A DNA stretch of 64,000 bases from Candidatus Hydrogenedentota bacterium (GCA_963668025.2 CAXXTH010000017.1:640001-704000); one strand, 5' to 3'. Shown: positions 18,830 to 29,753, counted from the stretch's first letter. Translations and numbers: made by a program. The notes: generated by a model from the sequence alone, not told the origin.

Positions 18830-20737
18830 TTATTCTTCGCGAATCCAGACCTGCATTTCGCCCGGTTTCCGGTTGTCCCATAAGGCATAGGGAATAGCCA
18901 CGACATGGCAGGGCCGCCGGAGAGGCTCACTCGATGTATACAGCCCTTCTTTCCAGCCTTTCTCGGGAATCTCCCATCCTTCCGTCTTCAAGGCGACAAT
19001 GCCACCCAAAATCCGCTTCTGCATCGTGCGAATCGGAGCGGAACGCGGCAGCACGATGCGGTCCAAATTCGCGCCATTATCCGCTTCTTCCAGACAATAC
19101 ACGATCGGCCCGCGCTGGAGGGCGATGCGTCCCATATCATGACGCACCCGAGGATGGGCGCGCATCCGTTCCACCGGCATGGGCAGCTCAAGCTCCAAGA
19201 CATCTCGTTTGTTCCAAGTCCGGGTGATATGCGCATATCCATTTTTCATGAGGTCCGCAAGTGCTTCCGTCCGGCCATTGACCTTGACCGAAGCATTACG
19301 GCACCATCCCGGAATGCGCAACGCCAGCGTAAATGCGCAGGTCGCATCAGGTTCCACCGAGACTCGAATACGTCCATCCCAAGGATACTGGGTGCGCTGT
19401 TTCACGACGACCGGCACGCCTTCCATATCGAAGCGCGCCTCGCTCTGTCCATATAAATGGATGAAGCAAGCGCCCGGGCGCACGCCATAGAAATATTGCC
19501 CAAGAGACGCCAGCAGCCTTGCCACATTGGGCGGACAACATGCGCATCCAAACCATTCCTGGCGCGACACGGTCCCGAATTCGCCTCCGTGCCGTTCTTC
19601 ATTCGGCCGGACCGCCAGCGGATTGACATAAAAAAATCGTTTGCCGTCCAGCGACACCCCGCTCAACACGCCGTTGTATAGCGCCCGTTCCATGGCGTCG
19701 CCATATTTTCCTTGCGGGTCGATGGCAAGCATGCGGTGTGCAAAAAACACCAAGGCAATGGACGCGCATGTTTCGGCATATGCCGCCTCGTTGGGCAGAT
19801 GGTAGTCGGACGTGAAACCTTCATTTGACGCGGTGGAGCCGATGCCCCCGGTGATATACATGCGCCGCTCGGTGAGGCTGGTCCAAAGCCGGCGGCATGC
19901 ATCCAACAGGGTGGAATCTCCTGTCTCCGCCGCCACATCGGCCATGCCGGAATACAGGTACAAGGCGCGAACGGCGTGCCCAACAGCTTCCCGCTGCTCC
20001 CGCACCGGTTGATGGGCCTGGAAATATTCTTCGGAAAACGGAAGTGATTCACCGCGTTCAAGGGCTTCTTGAATAAAATAATGCGGCTCCACCCCCCGTT
20101 CATCAATAAAATACGCGGCCAAATCCAAATATTGCCGTTCGCCTGTGGCGCGGTAGAGCTTGACCAAGGCCAGCTCGATCTCCTCATGGCCCGGATATCC
20201 CCGGCGCTGGCCTACACCCCGGCCAAAAGTGCCTGCGATGTGCTGGGCATACCGGCGCATGACATCCAGGAAACGTTTTTTACCCGTTGCGCTGGCATAT
20301 GCCACGGCCGCTTCGATTAAATGGCCCGCGCAATAGAGCTCATGCATCAGGGCTAGATTGGTCCAGCGCTTTCCAGGCTCAACCAGTTGGTAGTAAGAAT
20401 TCAGATAGCCATCATCGAGCTGGGCCTTCTCCATGCGCGTGACCGCGCGGTCGATCTCCCGCTCGAGTTCAGGATTGGGATGGGTGGCAAGGCTATAAGC
20501 CGCCGCTTCGATCCATTTGGCCAGGTCGGAATCCCAGAATGGATGCGGCGTGTTGGGCATGCCTGGCCGCCATTCCATTTTCCACACATCGAGCCGGCCG
20601 GTGTCCCGCAGATTCTTCAATTCCACTGGCAGCGTAACTTCCCGATTGGTGGCGGCACGGGCGGACCAGAACGAATCGGACAAGGTGACGGCTTGATAGG
20701 GAATGGGCGTCAGAGGTTCAGCCTTTGCGGCATGCAT
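18830..20737 (-). CDS. Glycoside hydrolase family 127 (beta-L-arabinofuranosidase-like)
   Basis: FWDSD..KWIE, HELYCAGH, GHEEIELAL, GHAVRA.Y, YAETCA, CACCPPN. Confidence 0.93.
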   Translation of the reverse strand: MHAAKAEPLTPIPYQAVTLSDSFWSARAATNREVTLPVELKNLRDTGRLDVWKMEWRPGMPNTPHPFWDSDLAKWIEAAAYSLATHPNPELEREIDRAVTRMEKAQLDDGYLNSYYQLVEPGKRWTNLALMHELYCAGHLIEAAVAYASATGKKRFLDVMRRYAQHIAGTFGRGVGQRRGYPGHEEIELALVKLYRATGERQYLDLAAYFIDERGVEPHYFIQEALERGESLPFSEEYFQAHQPVREQREAVGHAVRALYLYSGMADVAAETGDSTLLDACRRLWTSLTERRMYITGGIGSTASNEGFTSDYHLPNEAAYAETCASIALVFFAHRMLAIDPQGKYGDAMERALYNGVLSGVSLDGKRFFYVNPLAVRPNEERHGGEFGTVSRQEWFGCACCPPNVARLLASLGQYFYGVRPGACFIHLYGQSEARFDMEGVPVVVKQRTQYPWDGRIRVSVEPDATCAFTLALRIPGWCRNASVKVNGRTEALADLMKNGYAHITRTWNKRDVLELELPMPVERMRAHPRVRHDMGRIALQRGPIVYCLEEADNGANLDRIVLPRSAPIRTMQKRILGGIVALKTEGWEIPEKGWKEGLYTSSEPLRRPCHVVAIPYALWDNRKPGEMQVWIREE

Positions 20738-20823
20738 GGGCGGGTGCTCCTTATTATGGGAGAGTCTTATGTAAGCTTTTAGGAAAATTCGTCAAAAAGA
20801 CGGGAAACACCGCGACAGCGCCC

Positions 20824-22002
20824 TTAACCTACCGCTTGAGCCGTATCCTCGACAGCCGAACACCCCGCGAATTGCGATGAGGCGCGGCGGAGGGCTGGCT
20901 TTCGTTTATCAAATAAACTGCGCCATTTCTCGCTCTGTGCATAAGCCATCAATCTGCGAAAATATTCAGGGTTCATATCGGGGAACGCATGAGCGCCTCG
21001 AAGCGCCTTATCCGTATTGGTGCGGTCAAAACTGGGCTCGAGGCCCATATAAGGCCGGTAATTGCTGAAACTCGATGCGATCAATCCCTCGAGTGAGGTG
21101 AGTTCTCCTTCGATTTCAGATACCAGCTCGATCCGCTGGCTTTTTTCACTCAACAGCACATTGGACCACATTTCCATCTCATAATGGGTCATCGGGTTGG
21201 AATTCGTGAGATGGTACGCAAGGCCGGTCGGGCCTTCAAGCTCGATAATGTGCCACATGGCCTGAACCGCCCAGTCCACGGGGATGAGGTTTTTGGTGCC
21301 GCGTATATCGGCCTCGACTCGGATGAGGCATTCCTGATTCGTGCGCCGTTGCGAAAGAAGGTCTATCATGCGCATCACGTTGTAAAAATTCATGAACTGG
21401 AGAATGCGTCCATCCGTCGACGAGCCCATAATAATGCTTGGGCGGAAAATACACCCGGTGGCGCGCCCTTCCTTGAAGGCGCGGCGGACCATTTTCTCCG
21501 ACTCAAATTTGCTTCGTTCATATGCGTTATTGAATTCTTGGCCTTCATCCAATTCCGTCTCATGCGCCACGCCCACGCGCTTGCCCGCCACATAGGCCGT
21601 GCTTACATGATAGAGCGGTATGCTTGTGCCTTGAATGAACTCAAGAATATGCGCCACGCCGTCTACATTCGTGGCCCAAATCTCATCATCTTGGCTGGGA
21701 TTAAAGCTCGTGCATGCCGCGCAATGAACAAACGCGCCTATACATTCCCGCAACTCCGCTTCTTCCCGAGGAGCAAGCCCTAAATGGGGATGGCGCGCGT
21801 CACCCAGTACGATGCGAATGCGCTCCATGTCGTCTGGCCTGCCCAAATGCTCGAGCACCGTCTCGATGCGCGCCGCCGCTCGGGCATGGTCCGGATCCCG
21901 CAACAACACGACGGGCGAGAAACCCCGAGCAAGAGCTTCGCCCAACACCCAACTTCCCATGATCCCTGTGGCCCCGGTCAGCAGCACATTCCGGTTGCGC
22001 AT
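20824..22002 (-). CDS. Extended SDR / fatty acyl-thioester reductase-like (male-sterility NAD-binding) protein
   Basis: LLTGATGIMG, HCAA, HVSTAYV.G, YERSK, FRPSII.G. Start re-called at ATG 22002 behind GAGAGG. Confidence 0.82.
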   Translation of the reverse strand: MRNRNVLLTGATGIMGSWVLGEALARGFSPVVLLRDPDHARAAARIETVLEHLGRPDDMERIRIVLGDARHPHLGLAPREEAELRECIGAFVHCAACTSFNPSQDDEIWATNVDGVAHILEFIQGTSIPLYHVSTAYVAGKRVGVAHETELDEGQEFNNAYERSKFESEKMVRRAFKEGRATGCIFRPSIIMGSSTDGRILQFMNFYNVMRMIDLLSQRRTNQECLIRVEADIRGTKNLIPVDWAVQAMWHIIELEGPTGLAYHLTNSNPMTHYEMEMWSNVLLSEKSQRIELVSEIEGELTSLEGLIASSFSNYRPYMGLEPSFDRTNTDKALRGAHAFPDMNPEYFRRLMAYAQSEKWRSLFDKRKPALRRASSQFAGCSAVEDTAQAVG

Positions 22003-22354
22003 CAGTTTCCTCTCTAGGAGTAATCCACGATCTTTATGAGACACACTACCTCCCGGCTCAGGAATCCGAAAACCCCTAGTACGGCGGGCATGAAGGGCAT
22101 TCAGCCACCCAGTAATGAACCTATCCACTAAGCGGATAGGCAGTTAGAGGGTTGCATTATGCCCGTTTGGCCTCATAAAAGTCAATGAGTGATTTATATG
22201 TTCCAAATACTAACAAAATAATCACGCCCATACAAAACCTCTCGCGCGGCGCGATACAATTGTATATACTACAGACTAAAGCCAAGCTTGTCACGTATCC
22301 TGGAAGAATGAAGCAAACCAGAAGCCCGCACGCGGCATCAAGGAGAAGGACCGG

Positions 22355-22723
22355 TTGGCTCGCATTCTTATAGTGGACGACGACGAACAAGTTCGTAACG
22401 TCTTTCACCGATTATTCGAAAATGAATCCTTCGAGGTCCATGAAGCCGCCGACGGCAACGAAGCCCTGGAAAGTATCCGGAGGTTTCCAGCCGATATCGT
22501 CATCACTGATATCGTCATGCCGGAAAAAGAAGGCTTTCAAACTATTCGTGAATTGCGCAGGGAATTCCCAGCGCTGAAGATCATCGCCGTTTCAGGAGGC
22601 GGGCTGCTCGATCCCGGCCTCTATCTGGAATGCGCCAAACAAATCGGGGCAAGCTACGCATTTTCCAAACCAGTTGACCGGAATGTCTTGTTGGACGCCG
22701 TACGTAAACTTCTAGAGACATAA
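22355..22723 (+). CDS. Single-domain response regulator (CheY-like receiver)
   Basis: ILIVDDD, ITDIVMPEKEG, IIAVSGG, FSKP. TTG start behind GAAGGA. Confidence 0.92.
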   Translation: MARILIVDDDEQVRNVFHRLFENESFEVHEAADGNEALESIRRFPADIVITDIVMPEKEGFQTIRELRREFPALKIIAVSGGGLLDPGLYLECAKQIGASYAFSKPVDRNVLLDAVRKLLET

Positions 22724-22733
22724 GGGGGAACCA

Positions 22734-23222
22734 ATGCCCAGGCGGAATGCCTGCCAACTAGGCGTATGGGCCATGCTCTGCGCCCTGCTCGCAATCGCTT
22801 TATCTGGATGCCTGACTCGCTCCTCGCATGCCACGGCTCCGCCAAGCATTTGGCCGTTGCCGGCATCGTACCGGGAGGTCACGAGCGAGTTTGGCCGCCG
22901 GGCGAATGGCCACTTCCATAAAGCCATTGACATCCGCGCCCCGAAAAAAACTCCCGTTTGCGCCACCGCCCCCGGCGTCGTGATTAGCGCGGAACGGAAC
23001 GGCGATTACGGCAAAGTCGTACGCATTGACCACCAAAACGGATACGAAACCTGGTATGCCCATCTAAACCGCATCAAGACAAAACCGGGACGGTACGTAA
23101 AAAAGGGGAAAGTCATTGGCAAGGTCGGAAAAACAGGAAACGCCACGGGCTATCATTTGCATTATGAGGTGCGCAAGAATGGGCAGCCGATCGATCCTCG
23201 AACCGTGCTTCCCCGCCAATAG
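22734..23222 (+). CDS. M23 family metallopeptidase, probable lipoprotein
   Basis: Signal with LSGC lipobox, HKAID (HxxxD), YAHL, TGYHLHYEV. Confidence 0.9.
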   Translation: MPRRNACQLGVWAMLCALLAIALSGCLTRSSHATAPPSIWPLPASYREVTSEFGRRANGHFHKAIDIRAPKKTPVCATAPGVVISAERNGDYGKVVRIDHQNGYETWYAHLNRIKTKPGRYVKKGKVIGKVGKTGNATGYHLHYEVRKNGQPIDPRTVLPRQ

Positions 23223-23266
23223 AACCGATCTGACTGATCGGACATATTGGACCGATCATACAAAAA

Positions 23267-23288
23267 TAAGCGCCTTATAGAGCGCTTA
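23267..23288. terminator. Hairpin between convergent genes
   Basis: TAAGCGC-N8-GCGCTTA flanked by A-rich and T-rich runs. Confidence 0.5.
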
Positions 23289-23312
23289 GTTTATTTATTT
23301 AGGTTTCTTGGC

Positions 23313-24731
23313 TTATGCCAGGTGGCTCGCCACAATGGCGAGGCCGCTCGCCACACTGGTAAAGGTGTCCCGATGGATTAAGCGCTCCCAGCCGAACCGT
23401 TCCGCAAGCATATGGCGTACAGCGGGGATCAAGCTGGTGCCACCCGTCGTCAGCACATAGTCGAGTTCATCCGGCTGCACGCCTGCGGCTCGTTCGGCTT
23501 CTTTGACGCTGTCAAGCATGTATTCAAGAGCCGCTTCGATGATATGGCCGAATTCCTCGCGATTAATCATCACGCCGATCTGCATGGCGTCGCCATGCCT
23601 AAGCTCGATAGGAGCCTCTTGCTCTTCGGATAACCGCCGCTTGGCATACTCGACCCGGCGCACCAGCGGATATCCATAATTCCTCTGGATAAGGGTCCGC
23701 AACGCGCGGATCGCCTCCGGACTCGGACAGCTTGCCTCCACGGCGATCAGCCAATTCACAATCTCTTCCGTGTTGAGCTTGTACATGCTTTGCCAATCGA
23801 GAATATTATTATAAATGAACTGCGGCATGGGCAAGTTCGATGGGCCATAACGCGTCCGGCTGCCTAGGCAGGGGAATATCTTGGCGCGCATGATTTCCCT
23901 GTCCAGCACATCGCCTGCGATGGGAACGCCCGCGACACCCAGAATGCGGCTCTCGGCAAGCCGTTCCGCGACATCCTGTGCGCCGCCAAATTCCATGATG
24001 CACACATCACAGGTGCCGCCGCCGATATCCACCACCATCAGCCGCTGCCGCTTCAAGGTGGCTACGGCATACTCCACGCAAGCAGCCACCGGTTCATAAA
24101 AGAATGCCACCTGCTTGAATCCGGCCAGATAGGCCGCCCGCTGCAAACGTTCCTCGGCAAGCGCTCCTCCGTCGTCATCGCCGCTGAACCGCACCGGCCG
24201 CCCAAATACCGCCGTCTGCACATCTTCTTGCGCTTCCGCATCCACCGCCGCTTTTATCGGTTGCAAGATATGCGCCACCAATTCCTCAATCTGGAAATGC
24301 GTCCCGAAAACTTCTGTTCCCTTGAACGAACGGTTGCCCAGCGAACTCTTGATGGACTGGAAGAGGCGTCCTGGCGAATTCACCTCGATTATGGCCCGCG
24401 CCCGCACCGCCTCCCGGACGCCTTCGCCTTCCGAGGGGGGGCGGTAGCCATCTTCTTTATCCGGTTCGGAGGCGACGTATCCCTCGATATCAATCCCGAG
24501 GTCCACTTGTTTCAGGATGACTTCCCGGTCCACATTGCGTTCGATGAACGCATTGGCTGCACCGCGCCCGACAATATGCTCCCCATCCCGCGATATATAC
24601 AACAACGAGGGAAGAGAACGCGGATTATCATTCAAGGCGTCCAGTTCGAGCACCCGCACTCCGGAAGCGTCCTGAACCGCCGCGCTCGAGTTGGTCGTCC
24701 CAAAATCTATGCCACAATTTAAAACAGCCAC
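23313..24731 (-). CDS. Hsp70-family protein (YegD-like)
   Basis: GIDFGTTNS, VFGRPVRF, EPVAA, VVDIGGGTCD, TGGTSLIP, SVASGL. No peptide-binding lid domain. GTG start assumed. Confidence 0.88.
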   Translation of the reverse strand: MAVLNCGIDFGTTNSSAAVQDASGVRVLELDALNDNPRSLPSLLYISRDGEHIVGRGAANAFIERNVDREVILKQVDLGIDIEGYVASEPDKEDGYRPPSEGEGVREAVRARAIIEVNSPGRLFQSIKSSLGNRSFKGTEVFGTHFQIEELVAHILQPIKAAVDAEAQEDVQTAVFGRPVRFSGDDDGGALAEERLQRAAYLAGFKQVAFFYEPVAACVEYAVATLKRQRLMVVDIGGGTCDVCIMEFGGAQDVAERLAESRILGVAGVPIAGDVLDREIMRAKIFPCLGSRTRYGPSNLPMPQFIYNNILDWQSMYKLNTEEIVNWLIAVEASCPSPEAIRALRTLIQRNYGYPLVRRVEYAKRRLSEEQEAPIELRHGDAMQIGVMINREEFGHIIEAALEYMLDSVKEAERAAGVQPDELDYVLTTGGTSLIPAVRHMLAERFGWERLIHRDTFTSVASGLAIVASHLA

Positions 24732-24947
24732 GTGTACGCTACCATATCTTGAACGCCAAAAAGCGGCCACGCAGCCGCTTCAGAAACAACACTCATTTTA
24801 CATTGCGTGCCATCAGGAGCCAACGCGGCGCCCGAACCCCGTATCAATATACGATCCACCCTGCCTAATGCAACAGTGTATACCAACCCCTTGCCAAACT
24901 TCATTCGTAAGCATACACTACTCAAGGCTTAAATGGGAGAACGCCCT

Positions 24948-26417
24948 ATGCTCGAAACCATCGATCTGAACGTTTCGCTTCCCAAAGAGGAAACCCGGAA
25001 GACCCTCGAAGAGTTAGACATCCGGCTGGGGCTGCTGCAACGCGAACTGCGCGACAAGGGCATTCCATCCATCATTATTATGGAAGGATGGGACGCCGCA
25101 GGCAAGGGCACCGCCATCAATCGCTTTTTGCGCCCATTGGATCCCCGTGGATTCCAAGTGCATGCCACACGCTCCCCTACGGCCGAAGAGGCCTATCATC
25201 CCCCCATGTGGCGGTTTTGGCAGCGCTTGCCCAAACAAGGCGCCATTGCCGTGTTTGATAAAAGCTGGTATGTCCACGTACTCGAAGACCGGGTCGAAGA
25301 AAACAAATCCACGGATGAGTGGAAGCTGGCCTATGAGCGCATCCGCACCTTCGAACGCCAGCTCGTGGATGACGGAGCCGTCATCCTGAAGTTCTGGATG
25401 CACATCAGTAAAAAGGAACAGGCCAAGCGCTTCCAGGAACTCGAGAATGACAACGCCCTATCCTGGCGGGTCACGAAGGAAGACCGGCGCCGCCATAAAA
25501 AATACAACGAATACTACCAAGCCGTCGAGGATATGCTGGTCGAGACTTCCACCGCCAACGCGCCATGGACGGTTATTCCCGCCCATGATCGCCGGTACGC
25601 GCATGTCCGCATCGCGGAGACCATTGCCGCCGCCTTCGAGCAGGCCTTGGCGCGGCCCGCGCCCTTGCCCGCGCCTGCGGCCAAAATCCCCAAGCGCCGG
25701 GTCAGCCCCCTCGATCGCGCCGACCTCACTCGGTCCATTGCCCGGGAAGAATATGACAAAACAATCCCCAGCCTTCAAGATGAGATGCGCCAGCTCGAGC
25801 ATCTTCTCTATGGGCAGCGCGTTCCCGCCATCATTCTGTACGAAGGATGGGACGCCTCCGGGAAGGGCGGGAATATTAAGCGGCTCACCCGCGAGCTCGA
25901 CCCCCGGGGATACGAGGTCGTTCCAGTCGCCGCTCCGGCGGGCGATGAAAAGGTTCACCACTATCTGTGGCGATTCTGGAAGGCCATTCCCAAGGCGGGG
26001 CACATCGCCATCTTTGACCGAAGCTGGTATGGCCGGGTATTGGTCGAGCGCGTGGAAGGTTTCGCGACTCCTCAAGAGTGGCAGCGCGCCTACCGGGAGA
26101 TCAATGAGTTCGAGCAAGAGCTGGTCTCCTACGGAACCGTCTTAGTGAAATTCTGGATTCACATCTCTCCCGAGGAGCAACTGGCCCGCTTCAACGAGCG
26201 CCAAAACACACCCTATAAGCAATGGAAAATCACGGATGAGGATTGGCGAAACCGGGAAAAATGGGGAGCCTATTGGGACGCGGTTTCCGAGATGATCGAG
26301 AAGACTTCCACCACGTTCGCTCCATGGACCATTATCGAGGGGAACGATAAACTCTACGCCCGCATCAAAACTCACCGCGCCGTCATCGAAGCCTTATCTA
26401 GCCGCTTGAAAAAATAA
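24948..26417 (+). CDS. Polyphosphate:AMP phosphotransferase (two-domain PPK2)
   Basis: Two PPK2 domains: EGWDAAGKG...FDKSWY and EGWDASGKGG...FDRSWYGRVLVERVEG. Confidence 0.93.
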   Translation: MLETIDLNVSLPKEETRKTLEELDIRLGLLQRELRDKGIPSIIIMEGWDAAGKGTAINRFLRPLDPRGFQVHATRSPTAEEAYHPPMWRFWQRLPKQGAIAVFDKSWYVHVLEDRVEENKSTDEWKLAYERIRTFERQLVDDGAVILKFWMHISKKEQAKRFQELENDNALSWRVTKEDRRRHKKYNEYYQAVEDMLVETSTANAPWTVIPAHDRRYAHVRIAETIAAAFEQALARPAPLPAPAAKIPKRRVSPLDRADLTRSIAREEYDKTIPSLQDEMRQLEHLLYGQRVPAIILYEGWDASGKGGNIKRLTRELDPRGYEVVPVAAPAGDEKVHHYLWRFWKAIPKAGHIAIFDRSWYGRVLVERVEGFATPQEWQRAYREINEFEQELVSYGTVLVKFWIHISPEEQLARFNERQNTPYKQWKITDEDWRNREKWGAYWDAVSEMIEKTSTTFAPWTIIEGNDKLYARIKTHRAVIEALSSRLKK

Positions 26418-26449
26418 AGCCAAGATAAAGCCACCTCCAAAGCCGGATC

Positions 26450-26477
26450 CACAGCGCTCTTATTCAAGAGCGCTGTG
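26450..26477. terminator. Perfect 12-bp hairpin downstream of ppk2
   Basis: CACAGCGCTCTT-ATTC-AAGAGCGCTGTG. No clear U-tract. Confidence 0.45.
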
Positions 26478-27417
26478 TCATGTCTACTAGACATATCAAA
26501 ACTCCGCACCAGAAAACGAGAAAGAAATCATATGTAAAATAAAATAAAAATGCTTAATAGAAGATTATAAATTTATTTGACAATATATTACTTGTTTGCA
26601 TTTTCTTTCACCGGTCCTGAAAACCCATCCTCGTTAGTTCCGGGCTTTTAGAAAGGCTGCCCAGTTTTAATGAAAAGACAAGGATGCTTGTCATTTCGCG
26701 AGCATTGATGGCGAAAGATAGATTCAGAAAAAAACTATTCCTTCATTTTGGAAAAGGCCCTCAAATTCGAGTGGCCAACGAAATGAAAAGCAGCCGCACC
26801 TGAAGCGGATTATTTGCCCTCCGTGGCCATTCCAAAGGAGCAGGCGTGAAAAATCCAACCTTCCCCACCTCAGTTTTTACTTCAGTTCGCCGTGTATATC
26901 ATACAGCATTTTCCCTGATTTCATGTTGAGTCATGCTGGATTTTGCGGGTAAATCCATCCTTCCCTTTCTCATGCCTTGTTGAAGGCATATACCCATCTT
27001 TTTGCGCTTTTTCCAAAACAGCACGCCAGCATGGACATGTTTAATTATGCAACAAACCTTATGCGGGTGCTTCTGTAGGAGAGGAAGCATCCATATCATG
27101 TGGGCATGTCCTGATAAACACTAGAATATTTCGCCAGAATCAAACATATAAAGGGCTGCTTACTGGATTAAACGCATAATGCCTCGCTATCTAGAATCTC
27201 ATTTACAGATAAAGAATATCCCATATGTCATGTAAGCAAGCAGAGAGCATTCGCATCGAAACTTCCCGCAGATCATGGATGCACAAAAATGTACGTCCAT
27301 ACCGGTGTAAATCTGCTTTTGATCAGTGTTTGCACAAAAATGTACGTGAAAATCCAGGGGTATGCCCTCCAAAACATATCCTTGCCAATGCGCACTCGCT
27401 TTGGTACACTGATGTGC

Positions 27418-27972
27418 ATGGAAACTAAACTATACGTTGCAAATCGAGTCCGGGAGATTCGCTGCCGCTTACGGATGAGGCAGCAAGATCTAGCGGATCA
27501 GGTTGGTGTAAGCCGGCAAACGATCATTTCCATTGAGCGCGGGCGCTTGTTTAATCCGACGGTGCATACCTGCTTGATGCTATCGCGCGTGCTCCGCGAA
27601 CCTGTGGATTTTTTGTTTTACCTGGTGCCTCATCATGCCGCCATTCAACAGGAAGCGTTTCCTGAGCCCAAAGAAGGAGCGCATGATTTGCGCGCGCCTG
27701 ATGATCAGTCCGCCTTGAACACGGATACTCCTCTTGAATCGTTTGCGGAACGAAATGAACCCCAAGCAGAAGCTGCTCCCGTTCGCTCCTCGGGATATGG
27801 CGCGGATGCTTTGCAAGCGGAATCCAATGCGGAGAAGCCATTCCACACACCCCAGTACGAATATGCTCAAAATGAAAATAAAGATATTTCTTCGGAAGAG
27901 CCGAAGTTGCCTTCTGAAGAAGAAAATGAGGAGCCTATCGCACAAACGGTGTGGGATTTTTCGAGGGCATAA
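27418..27972 (+). CDS. XRE/Cro-family HTH regulator with an acidic low-complexity tail
   Basis: NRVREIR...MRQQDLADQVGVSRQTIISIERG..NP. Start re-called at METKLYV. Confidence 0.85.
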   Translation: METKLYVANRVREIRCRLRMRQQDLADQVGVSRQTIISIERGRLFNPTVHTCLMLSRVLREPVDFLFYLVPHHAAIQQEAFPEPKEGAHDLRAPDDQSALNTDTPLESFAERNEPQAEAAPVRSSGYGADALQAESNAEKPFHTPQYEYAQNENKDISSEEPKLPSEEENEEPIAQTVWDFSRA

Positions 27973-28037
27973 TAAGGCGGCAGGACTGGGAGCGACGCGC
28001 CTGTTCTTTGACGGCGGGAACGAGGTATATAAACAAG

Positions 28038-29021
28038 ATGGACATCCGAGAGCAAATTGAGAAAATCGACAGCTTATCTCTAGGTTTCCAGCATTCGCAA
28101 ATCTTGTTCACCGCCCTTCGGGCAGGCGTATTCCCGTTGCTCGATACGCCCCGCACGGCCCCAGAAATGGCCCAGCTCTTGGGCTGGAGTGAGCGGGGAA
28201 CCCGAATGCTCTTGAACGCCTTGGCGGCGCTTGAGCTTCTTACGATTCAAGAAGGCCAGTACCAGAATACCGAGACAGCCGCCAACTGCCTTGTATCAGG
28301 CGCCCCCGGCGATCAGACCCATATCGCCGCGCACCGGGCGGAAGGATGGGCGGCATGGTCCCGCCTGGCGGAATCCGTACGTACGGGTGGGAGTGTGGTT
28401 CCAGGCGCTCAGGTGCGCAACACCGAACAACTGCGCGCCTTCATCTGCGGCATGTCTGACATCGCCCGTCACAGCGCCCAATCCATTCTGGACGTGTTGG
28501 ACCTATCACCTTATCACCGCCTCCTCGATTTAGGTGCAGGGCCCGGCTCCTATTCCATCGCATTTTTGGAACGCCATCCGGAAATGTGGGCTACCCTTTT
28601 TGACCGCCCGGAGGTATTGGATATCGCCCGTGAAGAAGCTGGGCGAGCGAGTTTGGAAGCGCGCATGAACTTTATGCCGGGGGACCTGTTGCGTGACACA
28701 TTGCCGCCAGGCCATGACCTGATGCTGTTGTCAAACATCCTTCATTCCTTTGGCCCAGATGAAAACGAGTCACTCGTCTCCCGCTGTTATGCCGCTATCG
28801 AGCCAGGCGGCTTGCTCATCATTAAAGATTTTCTTCTCGATAATGACAGCGCAGGCCCGGCATTCGGGCTGTTATTCGCTCTGCAAATGCTGCTCCATAC
28901 CCCTAATGGCGACACGTACTCCGCGGCTCAAGTGGCCGAATGGACCAGCCGAGCTGGGTTTTCGGCGGGCGAACTCCTTTCTCTCACGCCCCACACACGC
29001 CTTTGGCTCGTGCGGAAATAA
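28038..29021 (+). CDS. SAM-dependent O-methyltransferase (dimerisation domain + methyltransferase_2)
   Basis: N-terminal wHTH-like dimerisation region, LLDLGAGPG, LFDRPEV, GDL, SNILH, PGG.LII.DF. Confidence 0.9.
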   Translation: MDIREQIEKIDSLSLGFQHSQILFTALRAGVFPLLDTPRTAPEMAQLLGWSERGTRMLLNALAALELLTIQEGQYQNTETAANCLVSGAPGDQTHIAAHRAEGWAAWSRLAESVRTGGSVVPGAQVRNTEQLRAFICGMSDIARHSAQSILDVLDLSPYHRLLDLGAGPGSYSIAFLERHPEMWATLFDRPEVLDIAREEAGRASLEARMNFMPGDLLRDTLPPGHDLMLLSNILHSFGPDENESLVSRCYAAIEPGGLLIIKDFLLDNDSAGPAFGLLFALQMLLHTPNGDTYSAAQVAEWTSRAGFSAGELLSLTPHTRLWLVRK

Positions 29022-29183
29022 GGTTTGGCGCGTGAAGACATTGCTTCCCGGACAGAAAAGCATGCCTATGCCAGAAAGGCAATCATTCGCCACACACATC
29101 CATATTCTTTTTTGCCCGACGAAATGGTAAAATAATTAGACTATGAATCCAATATTGATCTGGTTGAGAAAGGCAAGACAACG

Positions 29184-29522
29184 GTGTTTTTTCACAAACG
29201 CAATAAAGCGGTTCCTCCTGAAGTCCGGCAGCAAGCTGGCCAAGACAAGATGGCGCCTTCCGGTTTTTTCCGTATTGATTATGACATGATGCGCAAGGGG
29301 AATATCACCATGCGCAAACGTACGCCCATCCGCCAATTTTGCGTCACGGTGGACGGCGCGTCCCGGCTGGTGACTAGCGGCGACACCGTGGACCGCAAAA
29401 CGTATCTGGCGCTTGTGGCCGCAGGCGCGATTGACCCCATACCGGAAGCAATGCCCTCCCATGCGGAGGAGCACGTTGCCGTACCTATTCTAGAAGCCGA
29501 CGAGCCCATTGACATGCCATGA
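29184..29522 (+). CDS. Hypothetical protein
   Basis: 112-aa ORF with a protein-like core (FFRIDYDMMRKG...IRQFCVTVDGASRLVTSGD). No recognisable family. Confidence 0.55.
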   Translation: MFFHKRNKAVPPEVRQQAGQDKMAPSGFFRIDYDMMRKGNITMRKRTPIRQFCVTVDGASRLVTSGDTVDRKTYLALVAAGAIDPIPEAMPSHAEEHVAVPILEADEPIDMP

Positions 29523-29650
29523 TGCCGCGCATGAGCACCCATATCTAGCAGGCATTCCACATGCTTGCCGTCATGCTGCGTATACATTGGTAGATGCGGG
29601 AGATAGGGCTGTCTTTAGAACGGCTTAATGCATGTATCCAAACCAGATAC

Positions 29651-29678
29651 TAAAGATTTGTCCGGTTTCCGCCGATAC
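29651..29678 (+). promoter_or_regulatory. Sigma28 promoter of the solitary flagellin
   Basis: TAAA-N16-GCCGATAC. Downstream are two CsrA-type sites, TGCAAGGATGCA and CATTCAAGGAGGAATG (overlapping the SD). Confidence 0.8.
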
Positions 29679-29753
29679 ACCAATCGGAATCAGTAAGAGA
29701 TTCCAGCCGATGCAAGGATGCAAAGGCGACAATCATTCAAGGAGGAATGAACC

